DNA of 48,353 nt from Flavobacterium sp. (GCF_044361065.1 NZ_JBIKJI010000001.1:1-48353); one strand, 5' to 3'. Shown: positions 8,328-18,818, numbered from the stretch's first letter. Notes: generated by a model not told the origin, from the letters alone. Made by a program: numbers and translations.

Positions 8328-9812
8328 ATGTCAATAAAAGCATTTGCAGCTAAAATACTCGCTAAATATTCTCATTTTCAAACGCAAAAATGGGCGAACG
8401 AACCTGTTGCATCACAAGAAAAGGTATTTCAATCCTTATTGCGTGAAGCGAAAAACACGCAATTTGGAAAAGAGCATAACTTTTTAACCATTAAATCATT
8501 TGAAGATTTTGCGAAACAAGTTCCTGTTCGAGATTATGAACAATTGAAATCATACGTTGATAAAGTTGTTGCTGGTGAATCGAATGTTTTATGGAAAGGA
8601 AAACCGTTGTATTTTGCCAAAACTTCAGGAACAACTTCAGGTGCGAAATACATTCCACTAACAAAAGAATCAATGCCATTTCATATTAAAGCGGCAAAAA
8701 ATGCGATTTTAAGTTACATTCACGAAACCGGAAAAGCCGATTTTGTTGACGGAAAAATGATTTTTTTACAAGGAAGTCCAGAAATGGATGAAAAAAACGG
8801 AATTAAATTAGGTAGACTTTCAGGTATTGTAGCGCATTTCGTCCCAAAATATTTACAAAAAAACCGATTACCAAGTTGGAAAACCAATTGTATTGAAGAT
8901 TGGGAAACTAAAGTAGATGCGATTGTAGAAGAAACCATTCATCAAAATATGACGGTTATTTCTGGTATTCCAAGTTGGGTACAAATGTATTTCGAAAAAT
9001 TAAAAACAAAATCGAATTTACCTGTTGGCGAGTTGTTTAAAAATTTTAATTTATTCATTTATGGCGGGGTGAATTATGAACCGTATCGTGCTAAATTTCA
9101 ACAATTAATAGGCAGAAAAGTAGATTCAATTGAATTATTTCCTGCATCTGAAGGCTTTTTTGCCTATCAAGATTCGCAAACCGAAAAAGGAATGTTATTA
9201 CTTCTGAATTCGGGAATTTTCTATGAATTTATTAAAGATGATGAATTTTTTACCGAAAACCCTAAACGTCTCACAATAAGCGAAGTAGAAATTGGCGTAA
9301 ATTATGTTTTAATTATTTCTACCAACGCCGGACTTTGGGCATACAATATTGGCGATACTGTTGCGTTTACTTCTACAAAACCCTATCGAATTATTGTTAC
9401 CGGAAGAATTAAACATTACATTTCTGCTTTTGGCGAACACGTGATTGGCAAAGAAGTGGAAACCGCTTTGCAAAACGCCATTTCGGGAACAAATATAAGC
9501 GTAAATGAGTTTACAGTTGCGCCACAAATTAATCCGAAAAGCGGTTTACCGTATCACGAATGGTTAATAGAATTTGATTCGGAACCAGAAGATTTGGAAA
9601 CTTTTGCATTAAAAATTGATGCAGAAATGCGCCAACAAAATGTGTATTACGACGATTTAATAAAAGGTAATGTGTTGCGAACACTTGTGATTACGAAAGT
9701 GGCAAAAAATGGTTTTCAAAACTATATGAAATCCATCGGAAAATTAGGCGGACAAAATAAATTACCAAGATTAAGCAACGACAGAAAAATTGCTGATTTT
9801 TTAACGTTGTAA
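8328..9812 (+). CDS. GH3-family (acyl-acid amido synthetase-like) protein
   Basis: TSGTTSGAKYIP, FPASEGFFA, YNIGD and GGQNKLPRL motifs; TATATTTG promoter at 8266-8273. Confidence 0.9.
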   Translation: MSIKAFAAKILAKYSHFQTQKWANEPVASQEKVFQSLLREAKNTQFGKEHNFLTIKSFEDFAKQVPVRDYEQLKSYVDKVVAGESNVLWKGKPLYFAKTSGTTSGAKYIPLTKESMPFHIKAAKNAILSYIHETGKADFVDGKMIFLQGSPEMDEKNGIKLGRLSGIVAHFVPKYLQKNRLPSWKTNCIEDWETKVDAIVEETIHQNMTVISGIPSWVQMYFEKLKTKSNLPVGELFKNFNLFIYGGVNYEPYRAKFQQLIGRKVDSIELFPASEGFFAYQDSQTEKGMLLLLNSGIFYEFIKDDEFFTENPKRLTISEVEIGVNYVLIISTNAGLWAYNIGDTVAFTSTKPYRIIVTGRIKHYISAFGEHVIGKEVETALQNAISGTNISVNEFTVAPQINPKSGLPYHEWLIEFDSEPEDLETFALKIDAEMRQQNVYYDDLIKGNVLRTLVITKVAKNGFQNYMKSIGKLGGQNKLPRLSNDRKIADFLTL

Positions 9813-9906
9813 ATGAAGAAATTATTAACTTTCTATACACAAAAAGCGAACGAAAACGGACTAAAGAATAAATTTATTACCTTTGTTGGTTATAAAATAG
9901 AAATTA

Positions 9907-11592
9907 ATGAGAGACATTAAAAACATTTCGCGTTCTCGGGCGCAAGAATCGTCGGCAGCTATCGAACGATTGTACATTACTATGCGACACTTATTTAACA
10001 GAGGTTTTTACAAACCAATGGGTGTTTCAGGAGAAACCTTACGTGAAGCTTTATTATCCTTACGACCAGAAATTTATGGTTCCATTGCAGAAGAAAAAGT
10101 AGAGTTAAATGGATTATTATACGTGATTGAGCGTTTGCCAGTAGGTATCGAGCAATGTCGTTATATCAATTTAACGTCGGACGAAGGGTATGCGAATTCG
10201 CACTTTAAAGCCATTGTTCCACCAAAAAGAAGAAGAAATTGTTATCGTATTGACGAGGAACAAATGAACATTGAAATTACACGTGGTCGTTCGGATATTT
10301 ATGATATTTTAACGCATTTGACGTTTATTTTTATCGAATCGCATAAAATTAAAGATAGAGTTTTAATTGACGACGAAGGTTTGGTATCTCGCGATTGGCA
10401 AAAACTGGAACAATTCGCCCTTCAAACTAAAAAACTAACACCTATAGATAGAGAAATTGCGATGTCGCACTTGTCTAATGTTTTAGGAAGAACCTTTGCG
10501 GAAGTGCAAGATATTTATGATGGGTTTGCCACAACTGAAGCGCCTGAACGTTTTTTACAAATTGTATATTGGTTAGGGAAAATTGCAATTGAAGAAATTG
10601 TAGACAATAACAAACGCACGATTACTTTTAGTCCGATTTTAAGAGAACGATTAGGGCATCATATTTACGGAGAAATTTGGGCAAACAACATTAAAGAAAC
10701 ACTTAGCAAAAACAATTTATTAGAAAGACCGATTCATATAATTAGTGCGAATATGCACAGTGTAATGAATTCTGTTTTTGCACCTGCGGTTTTAGCAACA
10801 AAATATAAAGGAAAAGAAGCGTTTCAAATTTATGAAGACTTAAGTTCGTCTTCTCACAAAGAGTTACGTAAAAAAGTGGAAGATGTTGCGTTACAAAACG
10901 GAATGATTTCGCTGCCAGATACTTCAGGGACAAATATTGATGTGCAGATTTTTGACACTGCGAAATTCGATTGGAAAAAAACAGCTTTTCCATCAGCAAC
11001 AATAAAGGAAAAACCAGTACTTATTGTAATGGATTATGCTTTTGGAGAACAAGCGTACGAAACCATTGATGAGCTTTTAAAGCCGTATAAAGTTGATAAA
11101 ACCAAGACGTTATTAAATGTGGAATCGGTTTCTATAATGGGTAAAGCCGGAATTTTAGAAGGTGGAAAAGGCGACATTATGATTCCAAACGCACACGTGA
11201 ATGAAGGAACTGCAGATAATTATCATTTCGAAAACGAACTTACAAAAGAAATGTTCGAAGGAAATGGAATACCTGTTTTTTCAGGACCTATGATAACGGT
11301 TTTAGGAACGTCTTTACAAAATAGAGATTTACTAAAATTTTTCCACGAATCAACCTGGGAAGCCATTGGTTTAGAAATGGAAGGTTCGTATTATCAAAAA
11401 GCCATTCAATCTGCTTCAAGAATTAGAAAAAGCATAAACACCAATGTAAAAGTAAGATATGCGTATTATGCCTCAGACAACCCTTTAGAAACAGGAAGCA
11501 CATTAGCTTCTGGAGGATTAGGAACCACTGGTGTAAAACCAACGTATTTAATTACCATTAAAATATTAGAACAAATTTTTAACGTAAACTAA
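9907..11592 (+). CDS. Conserved hypothetical protein (DUF6909-like) with C-terminal nucleoside-phosphorylase/AMP-nucleosidase-like motifs
   Basis: Long intact ORF with its own TACCTTTG promoter (9878-9885); MGKAGIL...GD, GLEMEG and ASDNPL motifs. Confidence 0.7.
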   Translation: MRDIKNISRSRAQESSAAIERLYITMRHLFNRGFYKPMGVSGETLREALLSLRPEIYGSIAEEKVELNGLLYVIERLPVGIEQCRYINLTSDEGYANSHFKAIVPPKRRRNCYRIDEEQMNIEITRGRSDIYDILTHLTFIFIESHKIKDRVLIDDEGLVSRDWQKLEQFALQTKKLTPIDREIAMSHLSNVLGRTFAEVQDIYDGFATTEAPERFLQIVYWLGKIAIEEIVDNNKRTITFSPILRERLGHHIYGEIWANNIKETLSKNNLLERPIHIISANMHSVMNSVFAPAVLATKYKGKEAFQIYEDLSSSSHKELRKKVEDVALQNGMISLPDTSGTNIDVQIFDTAKFDWKKTAFPSATIKEKPVLIVMDYAFGEQAYETIDELLKPYKVDKTKTLLNVESVSIMGKAGILEGGKGDIMIPNAHVNEGTADNYHFENELTKEMFEGNGIPVFSGPMITVLGTSLQNRDLLKFFHESTWEAIGLEMEGSYYQKAIQSASRIRKSINTNVKVRYAYYASDNPLETGSTLASGGLGTTGVKPTYLITIKILEQIFNVN

Positions 11593-11596
11593 AAAT

Positions 11597-12553
11597 ATGA
11601 GTACAAATTCTCAAGAGCAGGAAATTGATTTAAGCCAAATTGGAAAAAGCATTTCAAAAGGGTTTCAAAAAGCGGTAAACAGATGTTTCGATTTGTTGTT
11701 TTTTATACAAAAGAAATTTTTAATTGTATTTGTTTTATTAGTAATTGGGGGCGGTTTAGGTTTTTATTTAGATAAAGAACCTAACTATACAAATGATATT
11801 GTGGTGATTCCTAATTTTGGTAGTAACGAGTATTTGTACGATAAAATTGATTTAATTACTTTAAAATTAAAAGAAAAAGACGAGGCTTTTTTTACTAAAA
11901 TTGGAATAAATAATATAAAAGATTTTATTTCTATTGAAATTCAGCCCATAAACGGAATCTATAATTTTATAAATTCGGAAAGCCAAAAAAATAATTTTGA
12001 ATTGGTTAAATTAATGGCTGAAGATGGTGATGTAGATAAAATTATACAAGACCAAACAACCAGTAAAAACTATTATTTACACAGTATAAACATTAAAACC
12101 GCTATTGCTTTTCAGCAAAAAGACTTAATAGATCCCATATTGAATTTTTTACAACAGTCGGAATACTTTGCTAAACTTCATAAAATTCACCAAAAAAATT
12201 TAGAAGAAAAATTAGTAGCTAACATTAAAATAATTTCTCAGATTGATCAAATTCTTTTAAGTTTAAGTCAAAATAAAACCAGCGTTGGCGTTTCTATTTC
12301 TGAAAACACGGGTTTAAGTGATTTAATTAAAAAAAAGGACGATTTAATTATAGAAAATCAAAGGCTAGCTGCAAATAGATTAGAATTTGAAAAAATCATT
12401 AAAGACCAAGATATTTTATTAAACCAAATGAATACAAGCGGCGCAAACAATAAAATGAAGTTTATTTTACCGTTATTACTTGTATTATTTTATTTATTAG
12501 GGTATTGGTTTTCAAAAGTATATAAACAGCAAAAACAAAGAATTAAAGCATAA
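11597..12553 (+). CDS. Wzz-like polysaccharide chain-length determinant
   Basis: QEIDL N-terminus, two terminal TM helices around a coiled-coil periplasmic region, first gene of the glycan locus. Confidence 0.7.
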   Translation: MSTNSQEQEIDLSQIGKSISKGFQKAVNRCFDLLFFIQKKFLIVFVLLVIGGGLGFYLDKEPNYTNDIVVIPNFGSNEYLYDKIDLITLKLKEKDEAFFTKIGINNIKDFISIEIQPINGIYNFINSESQKNNFELVKLMAEDGDVDKIIQDQTTSKNYYLHSINIKTAIAFQQKDLIDPILNFLQQSEYFAKLHKIHQKNLEEKLVANIKIISQIDQILLSLSQNKTSVGVSISENTGLSDLIKKKDDLIIENQRLAANRLEFEKIIKDQDILLNQMNTSGANNKMKFILPLLLVLFYLLGYWFSKVYKQQKQRIKA

Positions 12554-13560
12554 TGAAACACATTTTAGTAACTGGCGGAGCTGGATTTATTGGAGCAAAT
12601 TTTGTCCCTTATTTTATAGAGAATAATCCTGATTATCATTTGGTAAATTTAGACGCATTAACCTATGCGGGAAATTTAGAAAACGTATCAGAAGTTGAAA
12701 ATCACGAACGTTATACCTTTGTTAAAGGTGATATTGTAGATGGAGAATTCATAAAAAAATTATTTGATAAATATCATTTTCATGATGTAATTCATTTCGC
12801 CGCAGAAAGCCATGTAGATAATTCTATTTCTGGTCCTGAAGCGTTTATTAAAACCAATGTTTTAGGAACATTTAACCTGTTAGATACCGCTAGAAAACTT
12901 TGGATGTCTGCGCCAAATCAATACAATCCAGACTTTGTAAACGCGCGTTTTCACCACGTTTCTACTGATGAGGTATATGGAACATTAGGCGAAACAGGCT
13001 TGTTTGAAGAAACCACGCCTTATGCGCCAAATAGCCCTTATTCTGCTTCAAAAGCGGGTTCAGATATGATAGTTCGTAGCTATTTTCACACCTATGGAAT
13101 GAATGTGGTTACTTCAAATTGTTCCAATAATTACGGTCCAAAACAACATAACGAAAAGTTAATTCCTACAATTATTCGTAAAGCATTGGCTGGAGAAAAC
13201 ATTCCAATTTACGGAGACGGAAAAAACGTACGCGATTGGTTATATGTTTTAGACCATTGCAAAGGAATTGAACTGGCTTTTAAAACCGGTAAATCAGGAG
13301 AAACGTATAATATTGGAGGAAGAAATGAACGTAATAATTTACAAATTGTAGATACCGTTTGTAACATTTTAAACCAATTAAAACCAAAAGCAACAGGAAA
13401 ATATCAAGATCAAATTACATTTGTAAAAGACCGTCCTGGTCACGATTTACGATATGCTATCGACGCAACCAAAATCGAAACAGAACTAGGCTGGAAAGCA
13501 GATGAAAATTTTGAAACAGGAATTAAAAAAACAATTGAATGGTATATTAACAAGTTTTAA
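12553..13560 (+). CDS. rfbB: dTDP-glucose 4,6-dehydratase
   Basis: TGGAGFIG, HFAAESHVD, VSTDEVYG, YSASK and DRPGHDLRYA. Confidence 0.97.
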   Translation: MKHILVTGGAGFIGANFVPYFIENNPDYHLVNLDALTYAGNLENVSEVENHERYTFVKGDIVDGEFIKKLFDKYHFHDVIHFAAESHVDNSISGPEAFIKTNVLGTFNLLDTARKLWMSAPNQYNPDFVNARFHHVSTDEVYGTLGETGLFEETTPYAPNSPYSASKAGSDMIVRSYFHTYGMNVVTSNCSNNYGPKQHNEKLIPTIIRKALAGENIPIYGDGKNVRDWLYVLDHCKGIELAFKTGKSGETYNIGGRNERNNLQIVDTVCNILNQLKPKATGKYQDQITFVKDRPGHDLRYAIDATKIETELGWKADENFETGIKKTIEWYINKF

Positions 13561-13620
13561 GTTTTAAGATTTAGTTGAGTCATTCAACTTTTTACTTTTT
13601 ACTTTTTACTTTTTACTTTT
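13552..13620. repeat. Heptamer tandem repeat/hairpin element between rfbB and rfbA
   Basis: (AAGTTTT)x2-AAGATTT, then AGTTGA-gtcat-TCAACT, then (ACTTTTT)x4.9 at 13587-13620. Confidence 0.85.
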
Positions 13621-13626
13621 AAATTT

Positions 13627-14484
13627 ATGAAAGGAATTATATTAGCAGGAGGCTCAGGAACGCGTTTACATCCGTTAACATTAGCGGTAAGTAAACAATT
13701 GATGCCAATTTATGACAAACCTATGATTTACTATCCATTATCAACTTTGATGTGGGCAGGAATCAATGAAATATTAATTATTTCTACACCTCACGATTTG
13801 CCTTTATTTCAACATTTATTAGGAGACGGAAGTCAATTAGGCTGTCGTTTTGAATATGCTGTACAAGAACACCCAAATGGTTTAGCAGAAGCATTTATAA
13901 TTGGAAAAGAATTTGTAGGTAACGATAAAGTAGCCTTAGTTTTAGGCGACAATATATTTTACGGAACTGGATTGGCCGAATTACTTCAAGCTAATAACAA
14001 TCCAGACGGCGGAATTGTTTACGCCTATCACGTACAAGATCCTGAACGTTATGGAGTAGTAGAATTTGACACAACTGGCAAAGTACTTTCTATAGAAGAA
14101 AAACCTACAGAACCTAAATCAAACTATGCTGTTCCTGGAATTTATTTTTACGATAATACCGTAATAGAAATTGCAGCGAACATTCAGCCAAGTCACCGAG
14201 GTGAATTAGAAATCACTGATATCAACAAAGCCTATTTAGAACAAGGAAAATTAAAAGTTAGTATTTTGGATAGAGGAACTGCTTGGTTAGACACAGGAAC
14301 ATTTCAGTCCTTGATGCAAGCAGGGCAATTCGTTCAAGTCATTGAAGAGCGCCAAGGATTAAAAATTGGAGCCATCGAAGAAGCTGCATATAAAATGGGA
14401 TTTATCAATGCCGACCAATTGAAAAAATTAGCAGAACCCTTATTAAAAAGTGGTTACGGAACGCATTTAATGAGTATTATATAA
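13627..14484 (+). CDS. rfbA: Glucose-1-phosphate thymidylyltransferase
   Basis: [28 protein letters not shown] and WLDTGT. Confidence 0.98.
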   Translation: MKGIILAGGSGTRLHPLTLAVSKQLMPIYDKPMIYYPLSTLMWAGINEILIISTPHDLPLFQHLLGDGSQLGCRFEYAVQEHPNGLAEAFIIGKEFVGNDKVALVLGDNIFYGTGLAELLQANNNPDGGIVYAYHVQDPERYGVVEFDTTGKVLSIEEKPTEPKSNYAVPGIYFYDNTVIEIAANIQPSHRGELEITDINKAYLEQGKLKVSILDRGTAWLDTGTFQSLMQAGQFVQVIEERQGLKIGAIEEAAYKMGFINADQLKKLAEPLLKSGYGTHLMSII

Positions 14485-14487
14485 AAT

Positions 14488-14529
14488 TAATTGGCACATT
14501 GCCATATTGTCAAATTGACGAATTGAATT
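14488..14529. repeat. Degenerate octamer tandem repeat
   Basis: GGCACATT GCCATATT GTCAAATT GACGAATT; the 13-mer TAATTGGCACATT also occurs at 8241-8253. Confidence 0.6.
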
Positions 14530-14530
14530 A

Positions 14531-15082
14531 ATGAAATTTATAGAAACCAAATTAAAAGGATGTTATGTCCTTGAGCCAAATATAATAAAAGACGAACGCG
14601 GTTACTTTATGGAAAGTTTCAATGAGAAAACATTCAGCGAAGGCGTGGGTCAAAAAGTAACTTTTGTACAAGACAATCAGTCATTTTCTTCAAAAGGAGT
14701 TTTAAGAGGATTACATTATCAAACCGGAGACCATTCGCAAGCTAAATTAGTTCGTGTTTTACAAGGTGAAGTATTAGATGTGGCAGTAGATTTAAGACCT
14801 AATTCTGAAACTTTCGGAAAATATGAAGCGGTTTTTTTATCGGCAGAAAACCAAAAACAATTCTTTATTCCAAGAGGTTTTGCCCATGGATTTTTAGTGT
14901 TAAGCGAAACTGCGACTTTTTTTTACAAATGCGATAATTTCTACAACAAAGACTCAGAAGGAGGTTTGTTATTTAACGACACCACAGTAAATATCGATTG
15001 GAATTTTCCAATTGAACAACTGATTATTTCAGAAAAAGACCAAATTTTGCCCACTTTAGACCACGCAAAAAAAGTATGGTAG
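14531..15082 (+). CDS. rfbC: dTDP-4-dehydrorhamnose 3,5-epimerase
   Basis: DERGYFME, QDNQSFS, GVLRGLHYQ and PRGFAHGF. Confidence 0.97.
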   Translation: MKFIETKLKGCYVLEPNIIKDERGYFMESFNEKTFSEGVGQKVTFVQDNQSFSSKGVLRGLHYQTGDHSQAKLVRVLQGEVLDVAVDLRPNSETFGKYEAVFLSAENQKQFFIPRGFAHGFLVLSETATFFYKCDNFYNKDSEGGLLFNDTTVNIDWNFPIEQLIISEKDQILPTLDHAKKVW

Positions 15083-15927
15083 TTTTAGTAACAGGTGCGA
15101 ACGGACAATTAGGACAAGCTATTCAGTCGGTTGTTGGAAATTATCCTTCAATCGATTTTGTATTTTGTTCTTCATCAGAATTAAACATTACTGATAAAAA
15201 TAATTGCGAAACCATTTTCGAAAAATATAAACCACAATTTTGTATTAATGCCGCTGCTTATACGGCTGTTGACAAAGCAGAATCTGAACAAGAAAAAGCA
15301 TACGCTATAAATGTTACAGGTGCGCAAAATTTAGCTGCCGTTTGTAAATTAAATAATACAACTTTATTACACGTTTCAACCGATTTTGTTTTCGACGGAT
15401 TAGCAACTCAACCTTATTCAGAAGAAGCCATTCCAAATCCAACAGGTGTTTATGGAGTAACCAAATTACAAGGCGAACAAGCCATACAAAACACTTTGGA
15501 GAAGCATTTTATCATTAGAACATCTTGGGTTTATTCGCAATTTGCAAATAATTTTATGAAAACTATGTTGCGATTGGCATCGGAAAGAGAAAGTTTATCT
15601 GTAGTTTCAGACCAAATTGGCACACCAACAAACGCTGTGGATTTAGCAGAATGTATATTAAACATCATCACTTTCGACTTTCGACTTTCGACTTTCGATT
15701 GTTATGGAATTTACAATTTCAGTAACGAAGGACAATGTTCTTGGTACGATTTTGCCAAAGAAATATTTAAAGTACATAACATTTCTATAAATTTACAACC
15801 TATTCCAACAACCGCTTATCCCACACCTGCAAAAAGACCGGCATATAGTGTTTTGGATAAAAGTAAGATAAAGCAAGTTTTTAGTGTTGAAATTAAGAGT
15901 TGGCAAGACAGTTTAAAAAGAATTTGA
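15076..15927 (+). CDS. rfbD: dTDP-4-dehydrorhamnose reductase
   Basis: TGANGQLG, NAAAYTAVDKAE, STDFVFDG, YGVTK and PTPAKRP. Confidence 0.97.
   Translation: MVVLVTGANGQLGQAIQSVVGNYPSIDFVFCSSSELNITDKNNCETIFEKYKPQFCINAAAYTAVDKAESEQEKAYAINVTGAQNLAAVCKLNNTTLLHVSTDFVFDGLATQPYSEEAIPNPTGVYGVTKLQGEQAIQNTLEKHFIIRTSWVYSQFANNFMKTMLRLASERESLSVVSDQIGTPTNAVDLAECILNIITFDFRLSTFDCYGIYNFSNEGQCSWYDFAKEIFKVHNISINLQPIPTTAYPTPAKRPAYSVLDKSKIKQVFSVEIKSWQDSLKRI
15670..15697 (+). repeat. (ACTTTCG)x4 simple sequence repeat inside rfbD
   Basis: Four perfect 7-mers; the region translates as TFDFRLSTFD. Confidence 0.95.
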
Positions 15928-17030
15928 AAAAATTAGCAATTATTGGCGCTAGCTACTTACAGCTTCCTTTAGTAAAAAAAGCTAAAGAAATGGGTATAGA
16001 AACACATTGTTTTGCTTGGCCTGAAGGGGCTGTATGTAAAGAAATTGCTGATTATTTTTATCCAATTTCAATTTTAGAAAAAGAAGCCATTTTAAAAGAA
16101 TGCATTCAAATTAATATTGATGGAATTACCACAATTGCTACAGATATGGCCGTACCAACTATCTGTTATGTGGCGGAAAAAATGAATTTAATCTCAAATA
16201 GTTTTGTTTCTTCATTAGTTTCTACAAACAAATGGGATATGAGAAAAGCTTTTAAAAAAGGTAATTGTTCCATTCCTAAGTTTATTGAAGCAGATAATAG
16301 TAAAGTAAATACTAAAGGCTTCAATTTTCCGCTTATAGTAAAACCAGTAGATAGATCAGGTAGTAGAGGTGTAAAAAAAGTGATGTTTGAAAACGAATTA
16401 TCCGAAGCTATAAATTATGCTATTACAGAATCATTTTCTAAAAAAGCAATTGTTGAAGAATATATTGAAGGAGATGAAGTGAGTGTAGAAACTATTTCTT
16501 GGAAAGGCGAACACACCATTTTAGCTATTACTGACAAAGTAACAACAGGAGCGCCACATTTCGTAGAATTAGCACATCATCAGCCATCGGGTTTACCAAA
16601 AGAAATTCAGAATAAAATAAAAGCAGAAACCATTAAATGTTTAAATGCATTAGATATTAATTTTGGTGCTGGACATTCTGAATTTAAAATTACATCAACT
16701 GGAGAAGTATATATTATTGAAGTTGGAGCCAGAATGGGTGGCGATTTTATTGGTTCTCATTTAGTAGAATTATCTACAGGATATGATTTTTTAGAAGGCG
16801 TAATTAATATTGCCTTAGGGAAATATAAGCTTCCAGTTTTAAAAACTAATAATTTTTCTGGAGTTTATTTCTTATGTAAAGAAACGGAACAAATTTTACC
16901 TTATTTTAGCCAAGAAAATAATTTTGATATTCAAAAAGAAATTCAAAACACAGCATTAAAAAACATCACAAATAGCAACGACAGGTCGGGTTATTTAATT
17001 TATCAAGCTAAAAATAAAGTTTGCATGTAA
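15924..17030 (+). CDS. ATP-grasp domain ligase
   Basis: PLIVKPVDRSGSRGV, VEEYIEGDEVSVE and HSEF...IIEVGARMGG. Probable TTG start at 15924 overlaps the rfbD TGA (track ORF starts at 15900). Confidence 0.85.
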   Translation: MKKLAIIGASYLQLPLVKKAKEMGIETHCFAWPEGAVCKEIADYFYPISILEKEAILKECIQINIDGITTIATDMAVPTICYVAEKMNLISNSFVSSLVSTNKWDMRKAFKKGNCSIPKFIEADNSKVNTKGFNFPLIVKPVDRSGSRGVKKVMFENELSEAINYAITESFSKKAIVEEYIEGDEVSVETISWKGEHTILAITDKVTTGAPHFVELAHHQPSGLPKEIQNKIKAETIKCLNALDINFGAGHSEFKITSTGEVYIIEVGARMGGDFIGSHLVELSTGYDFLEGVINIALGKYKLPVLKTNNFSGVYFLCKETEQILPYFSQENNFDIQKEIQNTALKNITNSNDRSGYLIYQAKNKVCM

Positions 17031-17063
17031 ATTTATTTATATTTGTAAAAACAATTATTAAGT

Positions 17064-18008
17064 ATGCAGTTTTCTTTCATAGTTCCAATATATAATGATG
17101 GATATTTAGTTCAATCTTTTTGTGAAGAGTTTGAAAAGGCTTTTCAGAATTATATTGAAAAAGAAGAAATTGAAAATGATGTAGAATTAATTTTTGTAAA
17201 TGATGGCAGTAAAGATAATTCAATCAATCTTTTAATTGAAAACGCTAAAATATTTAAGTTTGTTAAAGTAATAGACTTAAGTAAAAATTTTGGTCAGCAC
17301 ATTGCATTAAGTTGTGGCTACGAAAACGCAACAGGAAATTTTGTTGGAATGTTAAATGTCGATCAACAAGAACCACCATCCCAATTACCAATTTTAATAG
17401 ATTACTTAATTAAAAATAATTTTGATATCGTATTTGGAACATTTGAAGAAAGAAAAACAAGTTTTTTAAACAAAATAACATCAAAACTATTTTCAATAAT
17501 ACTAAATTATCTTACTCAAAACAATACGCCAAGTAATGTTACAACATCCAGAGTAATGAATAGGAAGTTTGTTAATGCTTATAATAGTTTAACTGAAAAA
17601 TCGAGATATTTACCAGGTTTAGAAACCTGGTTGGGTTTTAAACATGGTTTTACACCAATTCTGCATACCGAAAGAAAAATAGGTAAATCTTCTTACAATT
17701 TTAAGAAAAGAATTTTAATGGCATTAGATACAATTGTTTCTTTTTCAGATTTTCCATTAAAACTGATTGTTGGAATAGGAATATTTGTAGCTTTAATTGG
17801 TTTTGGATTGACGTTCTTTTTATTGATTTCTAAAACTTTTATTACAGATTATCAACCAGGTTATACCTCTACGGTTTCGTTAATTACCTTTTTAGGAGGA
17901 ATTCAAATAATGGTGATAGGATTTGCAGCAATGTACATAGGAAGAATTTTAAAAGAAGTTCAAAATAGACCTTTGTATATAATAAATGAAACCTATAATT
18001 TTAAATAA
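17064..18008 (+). CDS. GT2 polyprenyl-phosphate glycosyltransferase (GtrB/ArnC-like)
   Basis: FVNDGSKD, LSKNFGQHIA, two C-terminal TM helices and YIGRI..EVQNRPLY; internal TATATTTG promoter at 17038-17045. Confidence 0.88.
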   Translation: MQFSFIVPIYNDGYLVQSFCEEFEKAFQNYIEKEEIENDVELIFVNDGSKDNSINLLIENAKIFKFVKVIDLSKNFGQHIALSCGYENATGNFVGMLNVDQQEPPSQLPILIDYLIKNNFDIVFGTFEERKTSFLNKITSKLFSIILNYLTQNNTPSNVTTSRVMNRKFVNAYNSLTEKSRYLPGLETWLGFKHGFTPILHTERKIGKSSYNFKKRILMALDTIVSFSDFPLKLIVGIGIFVALIGFGLTFFLLISKTFITDYQPGYTSTVSLITFLGGIQIMVIGFAAMYIGRILKEVQNRPLYIINETYNFK

Positions 18009-18011
18009 TTT

Positions 18012-18818
18012 ATGGAATTTAATAAAAATAAAATTTTTGATGATTTAAGAATTCAAGAGCATGTTTTTCATATGGAATCCAGAGGATATGATGTTTTTGA
18101 GGATTTTTTAAATGAAGAAGCCTGTGATTATTTAAAAGATAAATTAGAAAAAACAATTGATGAATTTGTTCCTTACGATAATTCGGAAAGAAGTATTTTA
18201 GATAGATACTTAATGCATGATCTTTTAAATAGAGATATTACCTTCGCAAAAACATTAGAAGATCCAAGAATACAACAAATAATAGCTTCGATATTAGGAG
18301 ACAATTGGATTATGTATGCTTATACTTCTTCGTCATTACCACCAAATGGTAATAATTTCGGAAGCAGAATACATGTTGATAGCCCACGCTGGATAACAAA
18401 TTATCCAACCAACTTAGGAATAATTTGGGCATTAAATGATTTTACTTTAGAAAACGGAGCAACATACATTTTACCAGGCTCGCACAATACAGAAAAAACG
18501 CCAAGCCCAGAGCTTTTCGAAAAAAACCATACCAGATTAACTTGTAAAAAAGGAAGTGTTATCATTTTTAATGCACGCCTATGGCACAGAGCCGGAGAAA
18601 ACAGAACAAATGAATTTAGGCACGCACTTACAATGAATGTTTGCAGACCATATATGAAACAAAGAATGGATTGGGTACGATTTATTCCAACAGAAATAAC
18701 AGATCAATTAAATAGTCAAGCGAGACGAATAATTGGTTTTGACACAAGATTAGCTAGTAATCTTGAAGAATTTTTTCAACCAGAAGATAAAAGACTTTAC
18801 AAATCAAATCAAGAATAA
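18012..18818 (+). CDS. PhyH-family Fe(II)/2-oxoglutarate dioxygenase
   Basis: HVD, WALNDFTLENGAT..LPGSH, GSVIIFNARLWHRAGEN..R. Confidence 0.88.
   Translation: MEFNKNKIFDDLRIQEHVFHMESRGYDVFEDFLNEEACDYLKDKLEKTIDEFVPYDNSERSILDRYLMHDLLNRDITFAKTLEDPRIQQIIASILGDNWIMYAYTSSSLPPNGNNFGSRIHVDSPRWITNYPTNLGIIWALNDFTLENGATYILPGSHNTEKTPSPELFEKNHTRLTCKKGSVIIFNARLWHRAGENRTNEFRHALTMNVCRPYMKQRMDWVRFIPTEITDQLNSQARRIIGFDTRLASNLEEFFQPEDKRLYKSNQE

Noticed and set aside
13552-13620. Short repeats (also at 38206 and 46106) as a CRISPR array
   Set aside because: Units of 7-14 bp or a single inverted repeat, no unique spacers, no cas genes.
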